A DNA stretch of 35,142 bases from the sequence record SRR22947727_395. The stretch is one strand, 5' to 3'. The notes under the pieces are model-generated. The model was not told the DNA's origin, searched no databases, and saw only the letters and a list, made by a program, of their open reading frames with translations. Of the stretch, positions 1-9,056 are shown piece by piece. The position numbers and the translations under genes are program-made. Numbering within the stretch: the first letter of the stretch is position 1; the number at the start of each line of letters is the position of its first letter.

Positions 1-103
1 AAGTGGCTGTGATGTGATGGACCATGCGCTGACACAGATACCCTACGCTCTGATTGCTGGCGCCATATCCTGTATTGGATTAACCTTGTTAGCAGCGTTT
101 TAA
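1..103 (+). CDS. 3' end of a probable NhaC-family (Na+/H+ antiporter-like) transporter, cut by the window edge
   Basis: Frame from nt 2 reads SGCDVMDHALTQIPYALIAGAISCIGLTLLAAF* (TAA 101-103). This matches the GCDxxDHxxTQxPYAL C-terminal motif of NhaC-family membrane proteins. Confidence 0.7.
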   Translation, partial: SGCDVMDHALTQIPYALIAGAISCIGLTLLAAF

Positions 104-136
104 CCAGATCAAATCAATATTTACAGGTAGTTAATA

Positions 137-316
137 ATGAGTGGGGCCAATAGAGGAATTAATCGTCGTCAATCTTTAACCAAGACCTTGGGGCAGACAC
201 TTGCGCTAGCCATTCCGGTATCCGGTACGCTATCGACAAAACAGTTGCCCTCTGATATCACCCAGATGAGTGCTACTCAATTAAAGGACATCGACTATAA
301 AAACCATCTACAGTGA
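137..316 (+). pseudogene. 59-codon ORF, probable 5' remnant of a Tat-exported amidase-signature protein
   Basis: ATG 137 follows CAGGTAG and translates MSGANRGINRRQSLTKTLGQTLALAIPVSGTLSTKQLPSDITQMSATQLKDIDYKNHLQ*. It has a twin-Arg-like NRRQSL, a hydrophobic stretch, then SDITQMSATQL resembling amidase N-termini, and runs out of frame into the next gene. Confidence 0.4.
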
Positions 317-1328
317 CAAACATCGTTTGCGAGATGCTAAAACAGAACTCTATGGCGGCGAGTTAGTTACGCCTTTTGAGCGACCATCAAGGGCTGACAC
401 AGTTATCAAAGCAATCGCTCAATCGAATCTTGGCGAAATCTTAGAACCCGAGACCTTTACTATGGATCCTGTTAGAGCAGTCCATACCGACGATTTTATT
501 GCCTTTCTAGAAACCGCGTGGCAAGAGTGGCAAGATGCCGGGTTTACCGGTGAAGCAATTGCGAGCTCCTGGCCAGCGAGACGCATGCAGTCTCGGGTAC
601 CAGCTTCTATTGATGGTAAGGTTGGTTACTATGCATTGGCGGCGGAGACCTCAATTACTGAAGGGACCTGGGCCGCAGTATTGGCTTCTAAGGATGTGGC
701 ATTAACGGGCGCCAAAGCTTTGCACCAAGGTGAGCAGGGAGTATTTTCCCTTTGCCGCCCCCCTGGACATCATGCCGCCAGCGATATGTTTGGTGGCTAC
801 TGCTTTTTAAATAATGCCGCTATTGCGGCACAATATTTATGTGCTCAGGGCGCAAAGCGAGCCGCCATACTGGATATAGACTTCCATCATGGCAATGGCA
901 CTCAGGATATTTTTTATGACCGCGATGATGTAATGTTCTGTTCTCTCCATGGCGATCCGCAACAGGCCTTCCCTTATTTTCTCGGATATACCGATGAAAC
1001 AGGCTCAGGAAAGGGACTAGGCTACAATTTGAACTACCCCATGCCACGGGATACCGGTTTCACCCAGTGGCAGCAGTCGTTGACTGCTGCACTAGCAAAA
1101 CTCGATGAATTCTCACCACAGTATTTAATAGTGTCTCTGGGTGTAGACACCTTTGAAAATGACCCAATCAGTTTTTTTAAACTGACCACAGTAGATTACT
1201 TCACCACTGGCGCTATGATTGCTGAACTGCGGATACCCACTCTTTTCGTTATGGAAGGCGGCTACGACATTGATGAAGTGGGCATCAACGTGCTAGAAGT
1301 ACTAAAAGGCTTTGAATCAGTAAAATAA
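297..1328 (+). CDS. Acetylpolyamine amidohydrolase / histone-deacetylase-family Zn hydrolase
   Basis: Motifs RPPGHHA, GGYCFLNNAAIAA, LDIDFHHGNGTQDIFY, SLGVD and MEGGY. The conserved-looking N-terminus (I)KTIYSDKHRLRDAKTEL starts at ATA 297, 8 nt after AAAGGA. The track start is TTG 327. Confidence 0.9.
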   Translation: MKTIYSDKHRLRDAKTELYGGELVTPFERPSRADTVIKAIAQSNLGEILEPETFTMDPVRAVHTDDFIAFLETAWQEWQDAGFTGEAIASSWPARRMQSRVPASIDGKVGYYALAAETSITEGTWAAVLASKDVALTGAKALHQGEQGVFSLCRPPGHHAASDMFGGYCFLNNAAIAAQYLCAQGAKRAAILDIDFHHGNGTQDIFYDRDDVMFCSLHGDPQQAFPYFLGYTDETGSGKGLGYNLNYPMPRDTGFTQWQQSLTAALAKLDEFSPQYLIVSLGVDTFENDPISFFKLTTVDYFTTGAMIAELRIPTLFVMEGGYDIDEVGINVLEVLKGFESVK

Positions 1329-1355
1329 GGAGTCTTGCCTCAAGGTTGAATAGAT

Positions 1356-1943
1356 TTAGTTATCACCATGCATGACCGTTATTTTATCTACGTCAATGCT
1401 ATCTACAAATGCTCGCAGGACCTTGGCACCTTGCTCCCACCCTTCTGCCTTGGCAATCTGACTGGCTTCCAACTGAGCCTGCTCCTGAGCCACGATATAA
1501 GCAAAAAATGATTGATACCTAGGGTCTGCAAGATCTCTTAACTGCTCAAGTTTAGGAATATAAGGAACAATTACCTTAATTAATGACTCCGGACTAAAGG
1601 TAATAAAATGTGTGGCAAAGCCTGCGGCATGGCCCCTAAAACGGGTAAACCAATTGGCGCTATAATTGAAGTTGAGTGCAGCGGCATTGCGCTTGTAGAT
1701 CACCTGATTAACCACTTCAAGGTCATAATATGCCTGATAAAAAACCCCTGCCGGCTCACTTTTAAGGACATGTGCGGCTTTTTGCATGCTCAAGTAAGCA
1801 AATGTGCGATTATCAAATTCATATTTCAACCGCTTTATATATAACGTTTTATCTTCAGCTTCTATTGCATTTATAGGCATGGCCATCACCATCAATATGT
1901 ACGCTGTTAAAAGTATCAGCCCTGTTTGTAATCTAACTCTCAC
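1356..1943 (-). CDS. Hypothetical secreted all-helical protein
   Basis: Long ORF. GTG 1943 follows GGAG by 6 nt and gives a Sec-like signal MRVRLQTGLILLTAYILMVMAMPINA. No family motif was recognised with confidence. Confidence 0.65.
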   Translation of the reverse strand: MRVRLQTGLILLTAYILMVMAMPINAIEAEDKTLYIKRLKYEFDNRTFAYLSMQKAAHVLKSEPAGVFYQAYYDLEVVNQVIYKRNAAALNFNYSANWFTRFRGHAAGFATHFITFSPESLIKVIVPYIPKLEQLRDLADPRYQSFFAYIVAQEQAQLEASQIAKAEGWEQGAKVLRAFVDSIDVDKITVMHGDN

Positions 1944-2014
1944 ATGGGTCTCCCAATAATTTTTATACAAATCTGTTCATATATTTCATCATATCTGACC
2001 GCTAACCATCGCTG

Positions 2015-2941
2015 TCAATCTTGCTGAAGCACTCGGCGCATAAAAGTGAATACAGAATCCCAATGCGCTATTGAGGGAGAAGATTTTGGCATCACATCCT
2101 CAAAAGCATGGGGGCCGCCTTCAGTGACCAAAAGCTCACAATCCACACCGCTGTCATTAAGACGTTGAGCATAAGCAATACTCTCCTCATAAAATAAATC
2201 TATATCACCTATGCCTAACCATGCCTGAGGAAGCCCATACAACGATTGACGGCGAGCGGCCACAGCATAAGCCGGGGCCTCAAGCAAGCCTGGCGACTGC
2301 CCCAAATAACAGGCCCAACCACCCCAGTTATTATCGTTATTCCAAAGAAAATGTTGCTGCTTGGTTAAATCCATTCGAGTCGCCGTGCGATCATCTAGCA
2401 TCGGACACAGAAGGAGCTGCGCCACCGGTTGCTGACCACCCTCATCATGGAGTCGCTGAGCCAGCGTTGCTGCCAGCCCCCCACCTGCACTCTGACCACC
2501 AATTACCACCAGTTGTGGATCAACACCCAAGTCACTGGCATTACCCTGCAACCATTGCCAACTTACGACTATGTCATCCAACGCTGCAGGAAAAGGTTTT
2601 TCTGGTGCCAGTCTATAGTCAACTGAGACCACGATGATGCCCAACGCCTCTATTATTCTGCGGATGGAAAGGTCATCCGAATTGGCATCACCAAGGAGGT
2701 AACCACCACCGTGAATCCACAACAAAGCCCCATTACTTTTCGGTACTAAAGGCTGATAAATTTTACTTCGGGATTGATCATGATCAATCCAGCTTACCTT
2801 AATATTTTGATCACCCTTAAATTTGGGTATCAATTTCAACAGACAGCTCACAACCATTCTGGTTATTGATTTTTCATAAGATAACGCTGGTATCCACCGA
2901 GCATAACCGCGCAACTCTGGATGTACCTTATCTAGGTTCAT
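2015..2941 (-). CDS. Alpha/beta hydrolase, HSL-family (family IV) esterase/lipase
   Basis: HGGG oxyanion motif, VDYRLAPE, GQSAGG nucleophile elbow, catalytic Asp (DIDLF) and His (GPHAF). Likely start is ATG 2941 (MNLDKVHPEL). Confidence 0.9.
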   Translation of the reverse strand: MNLDKVHPELRGYARWIPALSYEKSITRMVVSCLLKLIPKFKGDQNIKVSWIDHDQSRSKIYQPLVPKSNGALLWIHGGGYLLGDANSDDLSIRRIIEALGIIVVSVDYRLAPEKPFPAALDDIVVSWQWLQGNASDLGVDPQLVVIGGQSAGGGLAATLAQRLHDEGGQQPVAQLLLCPMLDDRTATRMDLTKQQHFLWNNDNNWGGWACYLGQSPGLLEAPAYAVAARRQSLYGLPQAWLGIGDIDLFYEESIAYAQRLNDSGVDCELLVTEGGPHAFEDVMPKSSPSIAHWDSVFTFMRRVLQQD

Positions 2942-3030
2942 AATCCATTCTCTTAAATCTTCGTCGTTAATGTGGCTATATGAATAGCTTGCGTATTTTA
3001 TTTCACCACAGGAACCGACCTGATGGAGTT

Positions 3031-3062
3031 CTCTCACCGACACTTGATCAGGCCAGTGAGAG
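3031..3062 (-). other. Intergenic stem-loop after the aldehyde dehydrogenase gene (stabiliser or weak terminator)
   Basis: Minus strand reads CTCTCACTGGC...GTCGGTGAGAG, an 11-bp stem with G-U pairs. There is no U-tract. Confidence 0.35.
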
Positions 3063-3071
3063 GCTCAGCGC

Positions 3072-4502
3072 CTATACAGATACTTTATTCAGGGTTGTCG
3101 TTTGCCAGTTAGTATATTCCATCAATCCATGCAGAGAATTCTCGCAACCTAAGCCAGACTGTTTATGCCCTCCGAACGCTTGAAAAGGAGAATATTGATG
3201 AATCTCATTTAGCCAAACAGTGCCGGCTTCAAGTTGGCTACCAATCCGCTGGATAGCTTCAAGATCATTGCCCCAGACTGAGGCACCAAGCCCATAAATC
3301 GTGTCATTGGCACGGGCAATAACATCAGCTTCATCTGACCATTTCATCAAAGGCAAAATTGGTCCGAAGGGCTCTTCCCTTACAATTCGAGAATCTTCTG
3401 GAGGATTATCGACTAATGACACCGGCACAAACCAACCAGGAGCACTCTCATCGATCTCACCACCAAGGGCAAATTTGTAACCATTGGCGTGACAGTCTGA
3501 GAAGTAATCTTTCACCTTGTCATACTGCATGGAGTTCTGGATTGGCCCCAAATCAGTATCAGCCTCAGTGCCATCGCCTACTTTAATATTGGTCGCAATA
3601 AAATCGGCCAGTGCGTCACGCACTTCGTCATAGACATCCTCATGGATATACAAACGTTTGGTCACATTACAGAATTGCGCATTATTCTGGAACGCAGCCC
3701 AGAATAATTGCGGTGCAATAGCTTTGGCGTCGACATCTGCCATAACAATTGCCGGATCGTTACCACCCAACTCCAGGGTAACGCGCTTGATGGTATCTGC
3801 CGCTGAACGCATTACATGTCGTCCAGTTTCCGTTGACCCTGTAAAGGCAATTTTATTGATATCAGGATGCGCGGTCATCCATTTACCTAAATCATCACCA
3901 CCACTGACTGCACTTAGCACGCCCGCTGGAAAAGCTTGTTGCGCCAACTCAACGATTTTGAGATCACAGAGTGGCGTGTAGGGCGAAGGCTTTACAATAA
4001 TGGTGCAACCGGCCATCAGCGCTGGTGCAATTTTCCATATCGCCAATAGAATAGGGAAATTCCAAGGCACAATAGCCCCAACCACTCCCACCGGGGTCAT
4101 GCGAGTGACAACCCGTCGTTCATCGGTATCTTCAATCTGCTCGTCTGGCAACCGTTGAGTTGCTATCGCGCGCAACCATGCAGCAGAACCAAACACTTCC
4201 CACTCTGCTCCAGCTCTCGGCTTGCCCTGCTCTCTTGTCAAAAGGCTCATAATATCTTCGGCATTTGCTTCAATAAGATCAGCATACGCCTCTAAGGCTG
4301 CTTGGCGCTCATCAACTGAGGTCTTACTCCACAGATTAAAAGCCTGGCGTGCTGTGCTAACAGTCTCATCAAGCTGTGCTTTGGATGCGTCAGGCACCTG
4401 TGCAAATACCGATCTGGTCGCAGGGTTATATACCGGCAGTGTATTTTCAGTGATCACCATTTGGCCATTAATGGTCATGGCAAAATCTGTGTCTATTTTC
4501 AT
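3072..4502 (-). CDS. NAD(P)-dependent aldehyde dehydrogenase
   Basis: PWNFP, FTGSTETG, catalytic Glu LELGGND, catalytic Cys QFCNVTKR, EEPFGP and FGGHKQSGLG. AAGGGGA RBS lies before ATG 4502. Confidence 0.95.
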   Translation of the reverse strand: MKIDTDFAMTINGQMVITENTLPVYNPATRSVFAQVPDASKAQLDETVSTARQAFNLWSKTSVDERQAALEAYADLIEANAEDIMSLLTREQGKPRAGAEWEVFGSAAWLRAIATQRLPDEQIEDTDERRVVTRMTPVGVVGAIVPWNFPILLAIWKIAPALMAGCTIIVKPSPYTPLCDLKIVELAQQAFPAGVLSAVSGGDDLGKWMTAHPDINKIAFTGSTETGRHVMRSAADTIKRVTLELGGNDPAIVMADVDAKAIAPQLFWAAFQNNAQFCNVTKRLYIHEDVYDEVRDALADFIATNIKVGDGTEADTDLGPIQNSMQYDKVKDYFSDCHANGYKFALGGEIDESAPGWFVPVSLVDNPPEDSRIVREEPFGPILPLMKWSDEADVIARANDTIYGLGASVWGNDLEAIQRIGSQLEAGTVWLNEIHQYSPFQAFGGHKQSGLGCENSLHGLMEYTNWQTTTLNKVSV

Positions 4503-4589
4503 CTCAAATCCCCTTTTCATTTTTTTAGATTAGTCAATGTTCTGGGCTAGTTTTGTAGTCCCGTTTTGTTTATTTGTAAAAAAGTTCTG

Positions 4590-6113
4590 TCAAGCGTCTA
4601 GCTTCTTTAACTCTCTGCGCATTACCTTGCCAGTACTGGTTTTGGGTAAGTCATCGACAAACTGCACAGCTCTAGGCACCTTGTAAGCTGCCAAATGCTC
4701 ACGGCAATAGGCAATAATGCTATCGCTATCAGGACTAACACCGGTTTTGGGTACAATATAGGCCTTAGCCAGTTCGCCTTTAGTTTCATCGGCAATACTA
4801 CCCACCGCCACCAGAGCTACATCAGGATGACCGGCTACCACTCGCTCGATCTCTGCGGGATACACATTAAAGCCAGCGGTGAGAATCATGTCTTTTTTGC
4901 GATCCACAATAAAGATACAGCCATCTTCGTCGATGGAAGCCAAGTCCCCTGTATGCAGCCAACCATCTGGCTCAATGGTCTCTCTGGTTGCCTTCTCGTT
5001 ACCATAGTATTCCTGCATAACGATGCCGCCCTTGATCATTAGTTCACCCACTTCACCCACAGGCATAGTGGTGCTGGCATCCTCAGTATCGGCAATGCGA
5101 GCCTCTGTATAGGGCAAGGCAATACCAATAGAACCGTGCTTGACCAGACCGTTGGAAGCGAATGTTGATCCCAATCCACCAATTTCGGTCATTCCCCAAA
5201 GCTCAATCAATGGGCAACCGAATCTCTGCTCAACTTCTACCATTTTCGGCGTGGGCATCGTCTGACCACCAACCGTACAGCAGCGCAGTGATGACAGGTC
5301 ATAGTTATCAAAGTCTGGATGGTTGAGCATAAACATGTACATGGTCGGCACACCCTCGAAAAGCGTGGCACCGTGATCCTGGATACTCTGCATGATAGCT
5401 TTCTCTTCGAAAGCGGGATGCAGTACCAAAGTCATGCCGTTTTGAATTGCGCCGCTCATAACAACATTGCCGTAAACATGTGGACAGGGTAATGCGGTGA
5501 CCACCGTATCTCGCTCGTTGCGCTGATGCATTAGGGCGGTCATGGCTATGTTCAGCAAAATGCTTCGATGGGATAGGCAAGCGCCCTTGGGAAAACCGGT
5601 AGTTCCAGAGGTGTAGCAAATAGTAGAGCGGGAATCAGTATCAATATCGCCGATACTGAAATCATCACTGCTATTAGCCAGTATTTCATTAAAGGACAGC
5701 AGTCCTGCAGGAAGAGCTTCATCACCAAAGACGATAATCTCTTTTACCTCAGATTTGTCTTTCACTCCCTGAAGAGGTAATGCTTTTTCATGAGAGGCTA
5801 TAATGACTGAGGCGCCACAGTCGCTGGCAACAAATTCAACTTCCGCTGGCGTGAGCATGACATTAATCGGGTTGATCACCGCACCCATTTTAAGGGCACC
5901 GTAATAGCTAACCACCCACTCCCAACAGTTCCCTGAATACAGGGTTACCCGATCGCCAGACTTTACACCAAGACCTTCCAGCGCATTGGCACAGCGATTT
6001 GTAAGCGCTTCCAGCTCGTTGTAGGAAAGAGACCGATCCGGCAAGATGAGTGCTGTCTTATTCCCAAAGCGTTTCGATGCCTCGAGTGGGATACTACCAA
6101 TTGAACTAAGCAT
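4590..6113 (-). CDS. AMP-forming acyl-CoA synthetase (fatty/aryl acid-CoA ligase family)
   Basis: YTSGTTGFPKG P-loop, WGMTE, GWLHTGD, VDRKKDMI and LPKTSTGK. AAGGAG RBS present. Confidence 0.95.
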   Translation of the reverse strand: MLSSIGSIPLEASKRFGNKTALILPDRSLSYNELEALTNRCANALEGLGVKSGDRVTLYSGNCWEWVVSYYGALKMGAVINPINVMLTPAEVEFVASDCGASVIIASHEKALPLQGVKDKSEVKEIIVFGDEALPAGLLSFNEILANSSDDFSIGDIDTDSRSTICYTSGTTGFPKGACLSHRSILLNIAMTALMHQRNERDTVVTALPCPHVYGNVVMSGAIQNGMTLVLHPAFEEKAIMQSIQDHGATLFEGVPTMYMFMLNHPDFDNYDLSSLRCCTVGGQTMPTPKMVEVEQRFGCPLIELWGMTEIGGLGSTFASNGLVKHGSIGIALPYTEARIADTEDASTTMPVGEVGELMIKGGIVMQEYYGNEKATRETIEPDGWLHTGDLASIDEDGCIFIVDRKKDMILTAGFNVYPAEIERVVAGHPDVALVAVGSIADETKGELAKAYIVPKTGVSPDSDSIIAYCREHLAAYKVPRAVQFVDDLPKTSTGKVMRRELKKLDA

Positions 6114-6194
6114 GGTGCCAACTCCTTATTTTTTTATCCACTTGTGACGCACTTATAGTGCGCCTTGATAAAGCGGTTTATCTGTTTTCTATTC

Positions 6195-6941
6195 TCAGTC
6201 CTTCGCCTTTTTGAACTCAAAGGCCATGGCAATAATAGCCACGACCAGCAATACAGAGGCCCCTAGAAAAGAACCCTCTATATCCACCGAGCCTATTTCT
6301 CCCGCCCATAATGCCAACAGCGTTAATTGATAAATAACACCGAACAGGCCCAGAGAGACAGCGGCAATTTTTGTTGCCGTGGACGAGCTATACAATGGTA
6401 TTACTACAAGTAGTGCAAACAATGAGTACAGCCAGAAGCCTAAATAATCAAAAGAGGTGTACAGGGAAAAAGGTATGGATACATTCAAAATTCTCAACAG
6501 TGGATCGGCCAGCTCGCTCCCTACTGCGCCAGTTGAAATTGTGTTTGCAAGTAAAGGGATAGTCCACACGGCAATAAATTTGGGGATGATAAATGCCATT
6601 ACAGACATCAGCACCACCATGGCAGCAATGATGGCTCGCAATGGATTAGCACTGCCTATCCGCCAAGCAATAGCGAAAAACACCCCTGATAGACTCAGCA
6701 TAGCGACAATTTGATTTGCCCAGGCAGCAATAAATAGTTCTCTATTATTAATGAGCCAAGCCACCCGATCCGCGTGTTCCGCGTTATAACCGCCCGGTGC
6801 GTCCAGAGGGAGATAAACAGAAATGACGGCCGTCACAATGACAATAACGGCAGACCATAGGCCCAGCCTATTAATTTTTTCGTCCAGTGAAGTAAAAATA
6901 TCGATGATTGTCTCCCCATTGATTTCAAAGATTGTTTGCAT
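6195..6941 (-). CDS. Hypothetical integral membrane protein (about 6-7 TM helices)
   Basis: Multiple long hydrophobic segments. First gene of the leftward operon below the 7022 operator. Confidence 0.75.
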   Translation of the reverse strand: MQTIFEINGETIIDIFTSLDEKINRLGLWSAVIVIVTAVISVYLPLDAPGGYNAEHADRVAWLINNRELFIAAWANQIVAMLSLSGVFFAIAWRIGSANPLRAIIAAMVVLMSVMAFIIPKFIAVWTIPLLANTISTGAVGSELADPLLRILNVSIPFSLYTSFDYLGFWLYSLFALLVVIPLYSSSTATKIAAVSLGLFGVIYQLTLLALWAGEIGSVDIEGSFLGASVLLVVAIIAMAFEFKKAKD

Positions 6942-7013
6942 TGCCTACGGAAACGGCATCTTGACGATTATGCCAAGGGCTGTCGTACAACTGTAGAAAG
7001 CGTCTAAGCGGCT

Positions 7014-7042
7014 ATGCTAAAACATGTCTAGTGACATGTAAA
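7014..7042 (-). promoter_or_regulatory. Predicted sigma70 promoter containing perfect operator ACATGTC-TAGT-GACATGT (7022-7039)
   Basis: Minus strand reads TTTACA (7042-7037), 17 nt, TAGCAT (7019-7014). The palindrome fills the spacer. Confidence 0.75.
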
Positions 7043-7253
7043 GTGTCTGCAGAAATACGAATTCAGTTAAGACTGACTTGTCTTCATGGGCTTAGTAAAA
7101 AATAAATGCATAAGTTCTCATTCCCATAGGCATTCGCCAGATAGATAAGCCTGGCAAATAATCTAAGTCATAAATCTACGCAAAGTAAGTGAGGTATGAA
7201 TCCAGACTAGGAATCCATACCAAAGATAATGCCACGCATGCAAGGTGTAACGC

Positions 7254-7814
7254 TTAGGCGTCATCCCCATACGCATAGGTAATAAACTCATGAAATTTCT
7301 CTAGAACTTTGGACGAATCCTTTTCCCACCGCCTGCCGGATCCAACAAAAATTGTTGACCCCTCTGCCAAAGACAGCAGACAAAGCGCTTCAGCGCGGGG
7401 CGATGTGCTTCCAGATTTCTTAAGCAAATCTTCTAGTATTAATATGTACTCAGCGTATATGTCATCAACCAAGTCTGCCACTATAGGATGCACCTGCCCC
7501 ATCGCCCATAACTGCGGCCAAAGTTTGTCTACCTGTAAGTTTCCATCTGCCGGTTGGATCACAACAAGGTTCATCACCGCCTTAATACTGAGCTGCTGAT
7601 TAACTTTCATTAACTCAAACTTACTTCGATATGCCTCACTAGTATAAGCAACCAATGCTCGCAACATATCTTCCCAGGTGGGGAAATGGTATTGCAACCC
7701 ACCCAGCTGAATACCGTTTACGCGGGCCAGAGCTCGCATGGTCAGGTCGCCATAACCTTGATTTACTATAATCTCAATTGCAGCCTGCAGTATCTGTTGC
7801 TTGCGTTCACTCAT
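7254..7814 (-). CDS. TetR/AcrR family transcriptional regulator (paralog 1)
   Basis: N-terminal RKQQILQAA...GY..LTMRALAR..GI.LG.LQYHF helix-turn-helix; 186 aa. Confidence 0.93.
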   Translation of the reverse strand: MSERKQQILQAAIEIIVNQGYGDLTMRALARVNGIQLGGLQYHFPTWEDMLRALVAYTSEAYRSKFELMKVNQQLSIKAVMNLVVIQPADGNLQVDKLWPQLWAMGQVHPIVADLVDDIYAEYILILEDLLKKSGSTSPRAEALCLLSLAEGSTIFVGSGRRWEKDSSKVLEKFHEFITYAYGDDA

Positions 7815-7831
7815 TTAGTCTAGTCCCGTTG

Positions 7832-7874
7832 TTGACATAATAGCCAAAATAAACCAATATGTCGTATGACATGT
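7832..7874. promoter_or_regulatory. Overlapping divergent promoters with operator ATATGTC-GTAT-GACATGT (7857-7874)
   Basis: Minus strand toward tetR1: ACGACA (7865-7860), 17 nt, TATTAT (7842-7837). Plus strand toward the cupin: TTGACA (7832-7837), 17 nt, CAATAT (7855-7860). Operator is a 13/14 match. Confidence 0.7.
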
Positions 7875-8036
7875 TGTCATTGTTTGCCGCCGTAGAGCTC
7901 AGATAGCCGGCATCGGATTCTGAAAAATTTTGATTTGCCAGTCCTTAGTTGCTTTTTGCACGCTAGTTCATGCCTACCTACTCTCTGCCATCGATGCAGC
8001 AGAGCGGCCAATCAACGAAATCCAAGGATAATTATT

Positions 8037-8480
8037 ATGAAAAAATATCTCTTCTTACTCAGTGTACTTCTAAGCGCAACCAGTCTACATAGCCATGCCG
8101 CGCCTGAGGTCTTGCCACTTAAAACCAAAGCGATGCAGACGATGACACTCGACTCTATCCCTCCCTATCGTGCTGAAGATGTGCTTAAAGGAACAGGCGA
8201 GAATTGGCTCAATATTCTTCACCAGGGAGAAGTCATTGTAGCAATCTATGAAGCAAAGCCTGCACTGATCAATATTCAAAATCCATTTCCCTACGATGAG
8301 TTTGTTATGGTCCTTGAGGGTCAAGTGACGCTCACCCATATTAACGGGCAGGTACAAACCTATAACAAAGGTGACAACTTCCTGGTACCAAAGGGATTCC
8401 TGGGGACATGGGATATGCCAGAGCTCTATCGTGAAATGATCGTTATAGAGACCAAAGCATTCAATGCAACCAAAGATTAG
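8037..8480 (+). CDS. Secreted cupin (EutQ-like/DUF861 type)
   Basis: AAGGA RBS before ATG 8037. Signal MKKYLFLLSVLLSATSLHSHA. Cupin motifs FPYDEFVMVLEGQVTL and GDNFLVPKGFLGTW. Confidence 0.85.
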   Translation: MKKYLFLLSVLLSATSLHSHAAPEVLPLKTKAMQTMTLDSIPPYRAEDVLKGTGENWLNILHQGEVIVAIYEAKPALINIQNPFPYDEFVMVLEGQVTLTHINGQVQTYNKGDNFLVPKGFLGTWDMPELYREMIVIETKAFNATKD

Positions 8481-8554
8481 TTTTAGCGCTTATCCTGCGG
8501 ATCAACGTATGATCGAAGATCCCGCTAAAGCGAGCTTTTCCAATTACAGCATAT

Positions 8555-8589
8555 GGCGCTAATCTGATTTTAGTCTCAGATTAGTCGCC
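8555..8589. terminator. Inverted repeat between convergent cupin genes, probable bidirectional terminator
   Basis: GGCG-CTAATCTGA-TTTTAGTC-TCAGATTAG-T-CGCC. Confidence 0.55.
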
Positions 8590-8626
8590 TCCGTATATTT
8601 TAAAACCAAACCAACTTCAGCGACCT

Positions 8627-8995
8627 TTATTGCGCAGAGTAGGTGACGTGGATTTTCTTTATTGGGCTCAATTGACGCCAAGTACCATTAAAACCCTTTG
8701 GCATAACAATCGCGTCACCTCGGCCGTAGACTGTTGACTCCCCATCTTCATCGGTGATCTCGACCTGCCCCTCAAGGAAGTACATAAACTCGCTTGTCGG
8801 CCACTCGGTTAACTTCAGGCTGACCTTAGTATATGTAGACATACCAACTTGAAAATTATCATCAGTAGAAATGAAATGTGATAGACCTCCATGCTGAAGA
8901 TTATCGCCATCAATTACTTGCATAAATGTAAGATCTTCAACAGCTTTTAGCTCAACCTGTTCCACATCTGCTGCCTCTAGGTGAATAATCTTCAT
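8627..8995 (-). CDS. Cytoplasmic cupin (EutQ-like/DUF861 type)
   Basis: WPTSEFMYFLEGQVEITD and GDAIVMPKGFNGTW. No signal peptide. GAGGA RBS present. Confidence 0.85.
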   Translation of the reverse strand: MKIIHLEAADVEQVELKAVEDLTFMQVIDGDNLQHGGLSHFISTDDNFQVGMSTYTKVSLKLTEWPTSEFMYFLEGQVEITDEDGESTVYGRGDAIVMPKGFNGTWRQLSPIKKIHVTYSAQ

Positions 8996-9056
8996 GCGGC
9001 ATCCTCAGAGTAACTTAATTATGATCTACAAATGCCATAAGATTGGGCACCGGAGT

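Noticed and set aside
4198-4205. TCCCACTC matching the guaA 3' core as a possible second att site
   Set aside because: It lies inside the intact ALDH gene and simply encodes E-W-E. There are no flanking att features.
7935-8036. N-terminal extensions in the ORF track (7935, 13384, 3043, 21533, 1970, 4520)
   Set aside because: Downstream starts have better RBS, signal-peptide or promoter context, and some extensions run through promoter or operator DNA.
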